From Octopus sinensis (lineage: Eukaryota), in the NCBI RefSeq assembly GCF_006345805.1, contig NC_043019.1:4773360-4837359 (forward strand): a stretch of DNA of 64,000 bases. The letters run 5' to 3'. Of this stretch, positions 11,495 through 22,815 are shown in pieces (the stretch's first letter is position 1; every line of letters begins with the position of its first letter). The position numbers and the translations under genes were made by a program. The notes beneath the pieces are model-generated. The model ran no database searches. It was not told where the DNA came from and worked only from the letters and a program-made list of their open reading frames with translations.

Positions 11495-12716
11495 TCTATA
11501 TATAAAAAGCTGAAGTTGTCTGTGTATGGCAGGTTTGGTAGCCTTCAACTAATACTATCTCCTCCGGGACCCTGCGGCGCAAGTTGACTAAAATTGAGAG
11601 TATGATAGAAGAAGGCTTGCTCTTCCCTCCGTAGAAGAAAAAAATTCAAATCGGACCATGTTAAGACCAAAAATCATTTACATCAAAAAGGTCCTTTTTT
11701 CCATGAAAATCCCTATTTTTTACGATTTTTCGACTGCTGTGTCGCCATTTTTCGGTGTATTTCAACAAGAAAAATGTTCACTTAAAGAGAATAACAAGCT
11801 ACATAATGCAAAATTTTTACTTTTCAAAAATTCCAAACATAAAGGGTCGCGGGCGAAGCTGCTAGTCTTAAATAAATTCCTCCATTATGATATATCACTA
11901 TTTTTTACGATTTTTCGACTGCTGTGTCGCCATTTTTCGGTGTATTTCAACCAGAAAAATGTTCACTTAAAGAGAATAACAAGCTACATAATGCAAATTT
12001 TTTTACTTTTCAAAAATTCCAAACATAAAGGGTCGAAACAAACCCGAGCAACGCCGGGCGATACTGCTAGTCTTAAATAAATTCCTCCATTATGATATAT
12101 CACTATTTTTTACGATTTTTCGACTGCTGTGTTGCCATTTTTCGGTGTATTTCAACAAGAAAAATGTTCACTTAAAGAGAATAACAAGCTACATAATGTA
12201 AAAGTTTTACTTTTCAAAAATTCCAAACATAGAGGGTCGAAACAAACCCGAGCAACGCCGGGCGATACTGCTAGTCTTAAATAAATTCCTCCATTATGAT
12301 ATATCACTATTTTTTACGATTTTTCAACTGCTGTGTTGCCATTTTTCGGTGTATTTCAACAAGAAAAATGTTCACTTAAAGAGAATAACAAGCTACATAA
12401 TGCAAAATTTTTACTTTTCAAAAATTCCAAACATAGAGGGTCGAAACAAACCCGAGCAACGCCGGGCGATGCTGCTAGTCTTAAATAAATTCCTCCATTA
12501 TGATATATCACTATATTTTACGATTTTTCAACTGCTGTGTCGCCATTTTTCAGTGTATTTCAACAAGAAAAATGTTCACTTAAAGAGAATAACAAGCTAC
12601 ATAATGCAAAATTTTTACTTTTCAAAAATTCCAAACATAGAGGGTCGAAACAAACCCGAGCAACGCCGGGCGATGCTGCTAGTCTTAAATAAATTCCTCC
12701 ATTATGATATATCACT
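11495..12716 (+). mobile_element. Non-autonomous Helitron with a 204-bp tandem array of its 3' terminus
   Basis: A|TCTATATATAAAA start; CTAG|T ends at 11865, 12070, 12274, 12478 and 12682; CCCGAGCAACGCCGGG hairpin 8 nt before the last four CTAG. Confidence 0.8.
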
Positions 12717-13269
12717 GTTTTCGTCTCTGACTGAATCTGATCGATGTCTAAAGACTCCATTTTGTTTGTAATATTAGCAATAGAGCAGTTGTTTAGTACC
12801 TTTGTAAATATAACACAATTTGCATTGTCGATTTTATCACGAGTACTCTGGTTAATAAAGTACAAATTAACATTTTCGTGCATCAAATTGTACTTGTGCT
12901 TGTGGGTGTATCTGTTTATTTCATTATGATTTAAAAAATTCTGTTTATGGTTTTTTTTTTCGTTTTTGTTTTCGTCTACTTTCCTGAGGAAGAAGCCAAA
13001 TTGAACAGTCTGCAAACACAGGAAAATATTTGTGAAAAGAAAAAAAAAAAAAATCGAAACAAAAATGCCTGAAGTTCAGACTTTTTGTCTGCTCCAGGTA
13101 GAGGACCGGTGCTCACACATTTCGAAGTCCCTGTTGGTAAAATATTACAAAAAAAAAAAAAAGAAAAAAAAGGAAAGGAGGAAAGAAAGAGAAAGGAAAA
13201 GAAATTACTTCGAGTAAAACTTAGTACTAACAAACCATTAGGATTTGTCCAGAGAGAATCGTATGGTTT

Positions 13270-13497
13270 AATACATTAATAATAATAATAATAATTATTA
13301 TTATCATTATTATAATTATAATTATAATAATAATAATATATGATGAGGAGGAGGATGATGGTGATGAAGGAGAAAGAAGAGGAGGAGGAGGTGGTGGTGG
13401 TGGAAGAAGAGAAGAAGAAGAAGAAGATAAAAGCAGGTAATACAACAGAGTAAACAGAAGGAAAACAAAGCAGAATGGCATGAAGTAATACTAATAA

Positions 13498-13536
<39 letters not shown>

Positions 13537-14107
13537 GCTGCTGTTGCTGCTGCTGCTGCTGATAATGATGATGATGGTGACGATAGAAATGTTTTCGTAA
13601 TAATAATAATAATAAGAAGAAGAAGAGGTAGAAAAGAAAGAAAGAAAGAAGAAATAAATTAATGAAAGGAACAACAAACACAAAAACAAAGATACACCCG
13701 ACCAACAACAGCAACAACAACAATAGCAAAAAGACAGAAAGAAAAAAAAAACAAATCTCAAAAAAAAAAGAACAGAAAAGAAAAAAGGGAAAAATATGAG
13801 AAATGTGAGCGAGAAGCAGAAATACATTAAGATAAATATTAAGATAAATTGAATACTGTCAAACGAAAGTGAAAGTAGAAAATCAGAAGAAAAACAAGGG
13901 AGGCCCTAGCGGGAAATTTAATGAAGGGATTTGACATTTTATACTAAATACTGCTTCTTGTTGTTATTGTTGTTGTTGTTGTTGTAGTTGTATTCTAAAT
14001 AAATCATTTATAAAGAGCTAAATCAACAAAAGACATGTAAAAAACAAAATCTGTTTCTTTTGTTTTCTTTTGTTTGTTTTCTTTTGTTTTGTTTGTTTCT
14101 TTCATTG

Positions 14108-14144
<37 letters not shown>

Positions 14145-14520
14145 CCTTACTCTCCTCGTTTTTCCTCATTTCAACCGTGATTTGAGTTTGATTTATAGCA
14201 TATGAATAATTTATATTTATGATTTGTTTCCTTCTTCATTTTCTTCTGTCCTTCGTCATCATCATCATCATCATCATCATCGTCGTCGTCATCGTCGTCG
14301 CGTCGTCGTCGTCATCATCATCATCGGTCATCGTCATCATCATCATCATCATCATCAACAGCGTTATCATCATCGCCGTCATCATCATCATCATCATCAT
14401 CATTATCATCAGCAACATCATCATCATCATCATCTTCATCATCATCATCATCATCATCGTCGTCATCATCATCATCATCATCATCATAATCAGCATCATC
14501 AATCACCATCAATCATCATT

Positions 14521-14555
<35 letters not shown>

Positions 14556-15130
14556 TATCAACATCATCATCGTTGCTGTCGTAGCCATCGTCTTCTTCTT
14601 CTTCTTCTTCTTCTTCTTCTTCTTCATCTTTCATCCATTATTTCCCTTCCTTCCTTTCTTTCTTTCTTTCTTTTTTCTTCCCATATTCCCCCCCCCCCTT
14701 TTTTCTCTTTCTTCTATGGGAACTGTTTGAATTGCTGCAAATGGAAACCAGGCGAAACAAGTAAACTGACAAACATACGCAGCCTCCCCACCACACACAC
14801 TTACACACATACACAAACAAATATACGCGCATGCACCCCCACACACACAAACGCGTGCGCGCACGCACACACACACACAAACAGACACACACACAAACAG
14901 ACACACACACAAGCACACACACACATACAAAACAAAAAAACAAACAATAACAAATGCAATACGACCACCAAGAACAACACCAACAAAAATAAGCAACAAC
15001 AGCAACAGCAACAACAACAACAACAACAACAACACGAAACACGCTAAAGAGGGGGAAAAAGAAGAAGAAACCTAGTACTAAAACAAAACAAAAAAATAAC
15101 AATAAACAAAACAAAAAACCAAAACAAACA
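13270..15130. repeat. Long compound microsatellite and low-complexity tract
   Basis: ATT, GAA, CTA, CAT, CT, CA and CAA runs; source of many spurious ORFs. Confidence 0.95.
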
Positions 15131-15300
15131 AAATGTGTGAAACCAATTTAAATCGGATTTTAAATGAAATTTGTCAAATGAGAAAATGAACAATGGAGAG
15201 CGGTTTAGAGGAGAGCTTCTTGTGAGTGCGTCGACAGGTACAGAGCTTGGTAAAAGTGGTTCTGAAAATAGGGGTTTTATAAAAATGAGCAGCAAGCAAA

Positions 15301-16616
15301 CGAGCTGGCAGAAGCGTTAGCACGCCGGGCGAAATGCGTAGCCGTATTTTCGTCTGTCGTTACGTTCTGAGTTCAAATTCCGCCGAGGTCGACTTTGCCT
15401 TTTATCCTTTCGGGGGTCGATAAATTAAGTACCAGTTACGCACTGGGCTCCATGTAATCGACTTAATCCGTTTGTCTGTCCTTGTTTGTCCTCTCCATGT
15501 TTAGCCCCTTCTGGGTAGTAAAGAAATAGGTATTTCGTCTGTCGCTACGTTCTGAGTTCAAATTCCGCCGAGGTCGACTTTGCCTTTCATCCTTTCGGGG
15601 GTCGATAAATTAAGTACCAGTTACGCACTGGGCTCCATGTAATCGACTTAATCCGTTTGTCTGTCCTTGTTTGTCCTCTCCATGTTTAGCCCCTTCTGGG
15701 TAGTAAAGAAATAGGTATTTCGTCCTGCCCTACGTTGCTGAGTTCAAATTCCGCCGAGGTCGACTTTGCCTTTCATCCTTTCGGGGGTCGATAAATTAAG
15801 TACCTAGTTACGCACTGGGCTCCATGTAATCGACTTAATCCATTTGTCTGTCCTTGTTTGTTCCCTCTGTTTAGCTCCTTGTGGGTAGTAAAGAAATAGG
15901 TATTTCGTCTGTCGCTACGTTCTGAGTTCAAATTCCGCCGAGGTCGACTTTGCCTTTCATCCTTTCGGGGGTCGATAAATTAAGTACCTAGTTACGCACT
16001 GGGCTCCATGTAATCGACTTAATCCGTTTGTCTGTCCTTGTTTGTCCTCTCCATGTTTAGCCCCTTCTGGGTAGTAAAGAAATAGGTATTTCGTCTGTCG
16101 CTACGTTCTGAGTTCAAATTCCGCCGAGGTCGACTTTGCCTTTTATCCTTTCGGGGGTCGATAAATTAAGTACCAGTTACGCACTGGGCTCCATGTAATC
16201 GACTTAATCCCTTTGTCTGTCCTTGTTTGTTCCCTCTGTTTAGCCCCTTGTGGGTAGTAAAGAAATAGGTATTTCGTCTGTCGCTACGTTCTGAGTTCAA
16301 ATTCCGCCGAAGTCGACTTTGCCTTTCATCCTTTCGGAGTCGATAAATTAAGTACCAGTTACGCACTGGGCTCCATGTAATCGACTTAATCCGTTTGTCT
16401 GTCCTTGTTTGTCCCCTCTGTGTTTAGCTCCTTGTGGGTAGTAAAGAAATAGGTATTTCGTCTGTCGCTACGTTCTGAGTTCAAATTCCGCCGAGGTCGA
16501 CTTTGCCTTTCATCCTTTCGGAGGTCGGTAAATTAAGTACCAGTTACGCACTGGGCTCCATGTAATCGACTTAATCCCTTTGTCTGTCCTTGTTTGTCCT
16601 TTCTGTGTTTAGCCCC
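15301..16616 (+). mobile_element. SINE-B head-to-tail 7-mer
   Basis: One head, then junctions AAAGAAATA|GGTATTTC at 15529, 15714, 15899, 16085, 16268 and 16452 (183-186 bp period). Confidence 0.9.
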
Positions 16617-16659
16617 TTAGAGTAGGCTCGAATTAGAGATTATTCTTATTGTTGCATTG

Positions 16660-16775
16660 ACCATGACAGAGAAAGTTGTCATGGTGACACCTGCTCAGAA
16701 ACCTGCGCAAAGTTGCAGAAAGTGTATGGAGAGGAGTGTATGATCCGCACACAAGTGTACAAGTGGTTGAGAACC
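16660..16775 (+). mobile_element. mariner transposase N-terminal HTH remnant
   Basis: HGDTCSETCAKLQKVYGEECMIRTQVYKWLR resembles the mariner first HTH. Confidence 0.6.
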
Positions 16776-17085
16776 AATGATATGTACGAAATGTGAGCGA
16801 CAAATAAATAACATTAATTTTCTCCATGCTGCTTAAAACTGTTATCTAATACAGTCTGTAAACGATTTAAACGGTTTAATCAATCGTTTCAGTTTTAATG
16901 GCGTTCGACACCCAAGCTGTTGTTATAGCAAGAACAGGAGAAGAAATGTCTGTCAGAAGAATTGCATCAGACGAAACTAAATCAAAGAAATAAAAAATTT
17001 ATAATCTCAGCGTGCGTACATTAAGAAAAGCTTAAGAAAAGCTCCGTTGATGAAGGAGAAATCCAGATATGCGTCAGTACAGGAT

Positions 17086-17292
17086 TACTCGTTTACTCTT
17101 TTACTTGTTTCAGTCATTTGACTGTGGCCATGCTGGAGCACTCCTTTTAGTCGAGCAAATCGACAGCCAGGACTTATTCTTTGTAAGCTTAGTACTTATT
17201 ATATCGGTCTCTTTTGCCGAACCGCTAAGTTACAGGGACGCGAATACAGCATCGGTTGTCAAGCGATGTTGGGGGGACAAACACAGACACAC

Positions 17293-17356
<64 letters not shown>

Positions 17357-17530
17357 TATATATATACATATATACGACGGGCTTCTTTCAGTTTCCGTCT
17401 ACCAAATCCACTCACAAGGCTTTGATTGGCCCAAGGCTATAGTAGAAGACACTTGCCCAAAGTCCCACGCAGTGGGACTGAACCTGGAACCATGTGGTTA
17501 GTAAACAAGCTACTTACCACACAACCACTC
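17086..17530 (-). mobile_element. SINE-A
   Basis: Consensus match, long internal (CA)n. Confidence 0.9.
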
Positions 17531-17752
17531 TTAACTTTAAATAAATTCCAGTAAAAAGCAAACTTCTCAAACTAATACACATGCATGTTTGTATGCACAT
17601 GCACACACACGCACACACACAAAAACACACACACATGCACATCACACAGACATGCGCACGCAAATATCCTAGAATAAGGCTCACGCGTTCCCGTTACAGA
17701 CGGAACAGGAGAAGAAAGTATACATAACCCACAATCTCTCTCTTACACAAAA

Positions 17753-17796
<44 letters not shown>

Positions 17797-17807
17797 TATA
17801 TATATCA

Positions 17808-17924
17808 CCGTGATCACCGTGACCGACCAGGCTATCAAATGTTGTTACACATCGCGGGTCACAATGCGCTTCGCATTGTTTTAGCCTTCAAATGACGCCA
17901 CCCTGCTGGCTAAGCGAGCAGGCC

Positions 17925-17927
<3 letters not shown>
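17808..17927 (-). mobile_element. Solitary SINE-C type-4 tail
   Basis: rc matches 48493-48611. Confidence 0.75.
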
Positions 17928-17973
<46 letters not shown>

Positions 17974-18142
17974 CTAAGGTTCTTTGGCTGCTATTTCTAA
18001 ACTTCGGTATGTGGTAAAGCAAATCTTTGCTGAATCCTAATTATAATTATTCTCGTAATTATATATATATATATTATTATATATATACACACACTTACAA
18101 ATACACGCGCACACAAGCACACACACCCCTACATATATATGT

Positions 18143-18178
<36 letters not shown>

Positions 18179-18673
18179 GGGAGCGTTGTTATAGCAAGAA
18201 CAGGAGAAGAAAAGTCTGTCAGAAGTATTGCATAAGAAAGTTAGTAACAACCCTCGTTCTTTTTTTTCCCCAAAGATTTTTCCTTGTGAAAACCGAAATC
18301 ACTCGAAACCGGAATTACTCTTTGGTTAATGCGGAAAGCAAGTAACAACAAGTTTATTCACATTTGAAAAAAAGAACCAAGAGAACATTTAAGATTAAAG
18401 TACGAAGAGTTTAAACGTTTCCAGGGAATTAAAAGCAATAGACACGAACCGGAAGCTGTAGAGTGGGGTGGGTTGAGATTTAGAGGAAATAGGATAAGCA
18501 TAAAGTCAAATAATGTTATCTTTTTGCACACACAACACATTCACAAACTTATATACATATGTGTGTATGTGTGTTTGCGGGTGCATACATATATACATGA
18601 ATATACATACATATATATATATATACACACACACACATAATATATCATATATATATATATAACATATATATAT

Positions 18674-18737
<64 letters not shown>

Positions 18738-18857
18738 GGTGTTTGTATGTGTATGATTATCTACGCATCCGCATTTATATACACGCATCTGTATACAAAC
18801 AATCACACATAAATATATATACATATACATATATATAAAGTTAATCCAAACAAGAAA

Positions 18858-18957
18858 NNNNNNNNNNNNNNNNNNNNNNNNNNNNNNNNNNNNNNNNNNN
18901 NNNNNNNNNNNNNNNNNNNNNNNNNNNNNNNNNNNNNNNNNNNNNNNNNNNNNNNNN
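18858..18957. other. Assembly gap, 100 N
   Basis: Direct reading. Confidence 1.
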
Positions 18958-19112
18958 AATTATTTAATCGTTACAGTTGAAAAGGTCTCAAAATGACCGA
19001 AACCGGTACTGAAATGTTCACTATAAATTATTTTAGCATTTTCTATTTTTGACTTGTTTTTTCATATATATCAACTCGTGTGTTCCTTTTCACCCTTATA
19101 CATAATATAATA

Positions 19113-19187
<75 letters not shown>

Positions 19188-19694
19188 CTTTATTTGTGGT
19201 CAGTTCCGCCGTTGGTTTCATGTTAAGGGAGTCCTTAACAACTATCAAGTCTATCACATGCAGCATCTGTGTTCGTCTCCATTTTGGATTAAAACAACAT
19301 GGACACGAACACCGATTGACTACCTGCGTACCTGCCTTTTATTACTTGATGACTTACACCTGCTTCTTAAATAATCCACCAACCAACACCACTCTTTTAT
19401 CATATATCAAGCAATGTCGATCATTTGAATTTTGTTTTCAAAGGTTTTGACGGTGTTAAAGGATTGGAAAAAATAGTCACACCACGCTGGCAGCCATACA
19501 AGAACATCACATTATTGAAAAGTTCCGTTGTCATCTCTTTTAACCCTTCGTGGGCCAGTTCAAATTTATGCAGCTTTTACATTTTTTATTTAACTGATTT
19601 TATATATGATGTCATTTATTGTCAATAGTTTATACATGCACATACAAATTTTGAGTTAAAAATTTCCAGTCAAATGGATATTATAGCATAAAAT

Positions 19695-20058
19695 GTGGAG
19701 GCGCAATGGCCTAGTGGTTAGGGCAGCGGACTCACGGATTCCCAGACCGGGCGTTGTGAGTGTTTATTGAGCGAAAACACTTAAAGCTCTTCGAGGCTCC
19801 GGCAGGGGGTGGTGGTGATCCCTGCTGTACCCTTTCACCACAACTTTCTCTCACTCTTACTTCCTGTTTCTGTTGTGCCGGTATTTCAAAGGGCCGGCTT
19901 TGTCACACTCTGTGTCACACTGAATATCCCCGAGAACAACGTTAAGGGTACACGTGTCTGTGGAGTCCTCAGCCACTTACACGTTAATTTCACGAACAGG
20001 CTGTTCCGTTGATTCGGATCAACCGGAACCCTCGTCGTCGTAACCGACGGAGTGCTTC
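19695..20058 (+). mobile_element. SINE-C, tail type 1, 12-bp TSD
   Basis: TSD ATAGCATAAAAT at 19683-19694 and 20060-20071. Confidence 0.9.
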
Positions 20059-20581
20059 CATAGCATAAAATACGGTCATTGGAGTCCAACTGTCCCCCAG
20101 TGGCCTTCTATGAAATTATTTTTTCTTTTCTTTTTTCAGATATTCTGATGATTGATTGATTCTAGTTTCAGCTCATGAGCTGTGGCCATGCTGGAGCACC
20201 GCCATTTGGTGTTGCTACATGGTTTTACTTCACGAATGCTTTTTAGCAACTGCCATTTGGTGCATGAGAGAGTTCGATGCAGCTGCCCTCATCTGCCCCT
20301 CCTGCCGTGAAGTTGGTTCATCTGGGATACCTGACAGGAAGAGTCAATTTTCTTCGTATTTGTACTGGTATGAATCGATATACTAAATAATTTTGTTTTA
20401 TTTTATATTTAGTGTTATATGTATAGTTTATAAAACTATTTAAAAAATGCTGATTTCTTTCAATAAAGGTTTTATTTTCCAGTCAATAAATTATCTTTTA
20501 ATTCCTCTCCATTAAACGCTAATAATTACAAATATATACCTATAAAGTGCTAAATTTGTTCTGTATCATGCACTCACACAT

Positions 20582-20958
20582 TCTTTTATTCTTTTATTCT
20601 TTTATTCTTTTATTCTTTTACTTGTTTCAGCCATTTGACTGCGGCCATGCTGGAGCACAGCCTTTAGTCGAGCAACTCGACCCCGGGACTTATTTTTTGT
20701 AAACCTAGTACTTATTCTATCGGTCTCTTTTGCCGAACCGCTAAGTAACGGGAACGTAAACACACCAGCATTGGTTGTCAAGCAATGCTAGGGGGACAAA
20801 CACAGACACACAAACACACACATATATATACATATATACGACAGGCTTCTTTCAGTTTCCGTCTACCAAATCCACTCACAAGGCATTGGTCGGCCCGGGG
20901 CTATAGCAGAAGACACTTGCCCAAGGTGCCACGCAGTGGGACTGAACCCGGAACCATA
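20582..20958 (-). mobile_element. SINE-A, 5'-truncated, flanked by 152-bp direct repeats
   Basis: 20430-20581 is repeated at 20956-21107. Confidence 0.85.
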
Positions 20959-21901
20959 AAACTGTAAAAAAAATGCTGATTTCTTTCAATAAAGGTTTTA
21001 TTTTCCAGTCAATAAATTATTTTTTAATTCCCCTCCATTAAACGCTAATAATTACAAATATATACCTATAAAGTGCTAAATTTGTTCTGTATCATGCACT
21101 CACACATATACGCAAGATTAAACAAATATTACTTTATGGATAATGCGGAAATGCGCAAAAGTAAAAGTGGGTCCCTCGGGCCCCCAATGGCCTTTTGTGT
21201 AATTCCAACCACGCCGGCCCACGAAGGGTTAAATGGAATTGAGTTTGTATTGCACTCAATCTACTTCTTTCAATAAAAAAATAGAAAGAAGTTTCATATA
21301 GCACGAAATGTTGAGATGATCTCACGATATTAAACTCAGATTTTATATCTGTGTTACATCGCCTAGTTGAACGATACTGTCAATAATGTCAGCGGTAGCA
21401 AGTATCCACTATCAACCACGTATTCAAACAAATTTCTTGTCTACTTACATAGACATGATATATAGATTGTTATCTGAAACCAATGACGAATTCTTACCCA
21501 GCCTACCAGCTATATACGACACTAGTGATTTGTTAAAGAATAAGTCCTGGGGTCGATTTCCTCGACTAAAAGACAGTGCTCCAGCATGGCCGAAACAAGT
21601 GAAAGAGAGTAAAAGAGAGTATTTTCCATTTTCGCTTTTTATTACCCAGAGAGTTTAATCACATATTTCTCCTGACAGACTATGACGTCAATGTGATGAA
21701 GACAAAATTTTGAACTTTGATTGCAAAAAAAATTACAACATTTCGGAAAATAGCCAAATTCAGATCTGAAATCTATGCACTCAAAATTAGGTAATGCCAA
21801 ATGTTGATGTCAATGCAAGAAAATAATTGCTGACCAGTGTTATCTATGCTAAAATGTGTAACTAATATTAAATAATTAAATACCTAACAAGATAAATACT
21901 T

Positions 21902-22341
21902 GGGATCTTTTCGGTTTGACCGGCAGTTTTTTCAAGCGGTGTCATATGAAATTGTCACCCATAATTATGACCCTAGTATCGATCTATTGTATTTCAATCT
22001 GTTTTAGGGTTAGGGTTAGTTAGGGTTAGGGTTAGGGGTGGGGGTGGGGGGAAGGTTATCTTTTTTCTTCACAAATGTAAATAAACCCAATCTGTTTCTT
22101 AAACGAGGGACATATTCATACGGCACGGAATGTTGTTTACCTCAATAGACGTCATTGATTGGTTGAAATTGCAGAAATTAAAGAAAAAAAACAACAAATA
22201 TCTTACAAACTATAGAATTTTCTCAATAAAGCCAAGAGAAAAAGATGTTTTATAAACACATTCTACCAGTATACGAAGTTTAAAATATTTTAGTTACGTG
22301 GAAATTATGTTAAAAACTGCCGTTCAAACCGAAAAGATCCC
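21902..22341. mobile_element. MITE with about 30-bp TIRs and an internal (TTAGGG)n/G-rich tract
   Basis: GGGATCTTTTCGGTTTGACCGGCAGTTTTT vs AAAAACTGCCGTTCAAACCGAAAAGATCCC; TTAGGG run at about 22004-22037. Confidence 0.85.
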
Positions 22342-22684
22342 TAATATTAAATACCTACCAAGATAAATACTTGATTTATCTTAATTATCTTCCCTTTGAG
22401 AGAAAAGTAAACAAATATCACGTGGCAGTTGCTACCAGAAGTGAATAAGAAAGGAAGATATTCTGAAGAATCTGGTATTCGCCGAAATTTAGGAGAGATT
22501 TAGGAACAAAAATTACCTGATTACCTGAAGACAAAAGACGGCCGTGAAAACGTTTCTGTGAATAGTTTTAGAAAGCTTAACAGTTTGTACAATGTCTGTT
22601 GCTCCACCCTTTGTTTTTATATATCGTCTGTATTTAATCACGTATTTTTCTCACACATTTTAACACAGCAAAAGAATTTTTGTT

Positions 22685-22815
22685 TTATTTCCTATTCTTT
22701 TATTCTTATTCTTTTATTCTTATTCTTTTGTTGTTTTCTTATTCTTATTCTTTTATTCTTATTCTTTTGTTGTTTTCTTATTCTTATTCTTTTATTCTTA
22801 TTCTTTTATTGTTTT
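22685..22815. repeat. 39-bp pyrimidine-rich minisatellite, about 3 copies
   Basis: TATTCTTATTCTTTTATTCTTATTCTTTTGTTGTTTTCT repeated. Confidence 0.85.

Larger units (their letters stand above)
19544..21228. mobile_element. piggyBac-like non-autonomous element with nested SINEs
   Basis: TTAA|CCCTTCGTGGGCC ... GGCCCACGAAGGG|TTAA; perfect 13-bp TIRs and TTAA TSD. Confidence 0.8.

Noticed and set aside
15301-16616. SINE-B arrays as CRISPR, or as hammerhead retrozymes
   Set aside because: Units are contiguous with no unique spacers; the nearest core-like string is CAGACGA, with no valid stem I/III
18835-18857. Start of a repeat (AAAGTTAATCCAAACAAGAAA) entering the gap
   Set aside because: The rest lies in Ns, so nothing can be supported
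22004-22037. Interstitial telomere from a chromosome fusion
   Set aside because: Only about five units, lying inside a TIR element
22525-22560. CTGAAGA...GAAAACGTTTC
   Set aside because: No stem I and a loopless stem II
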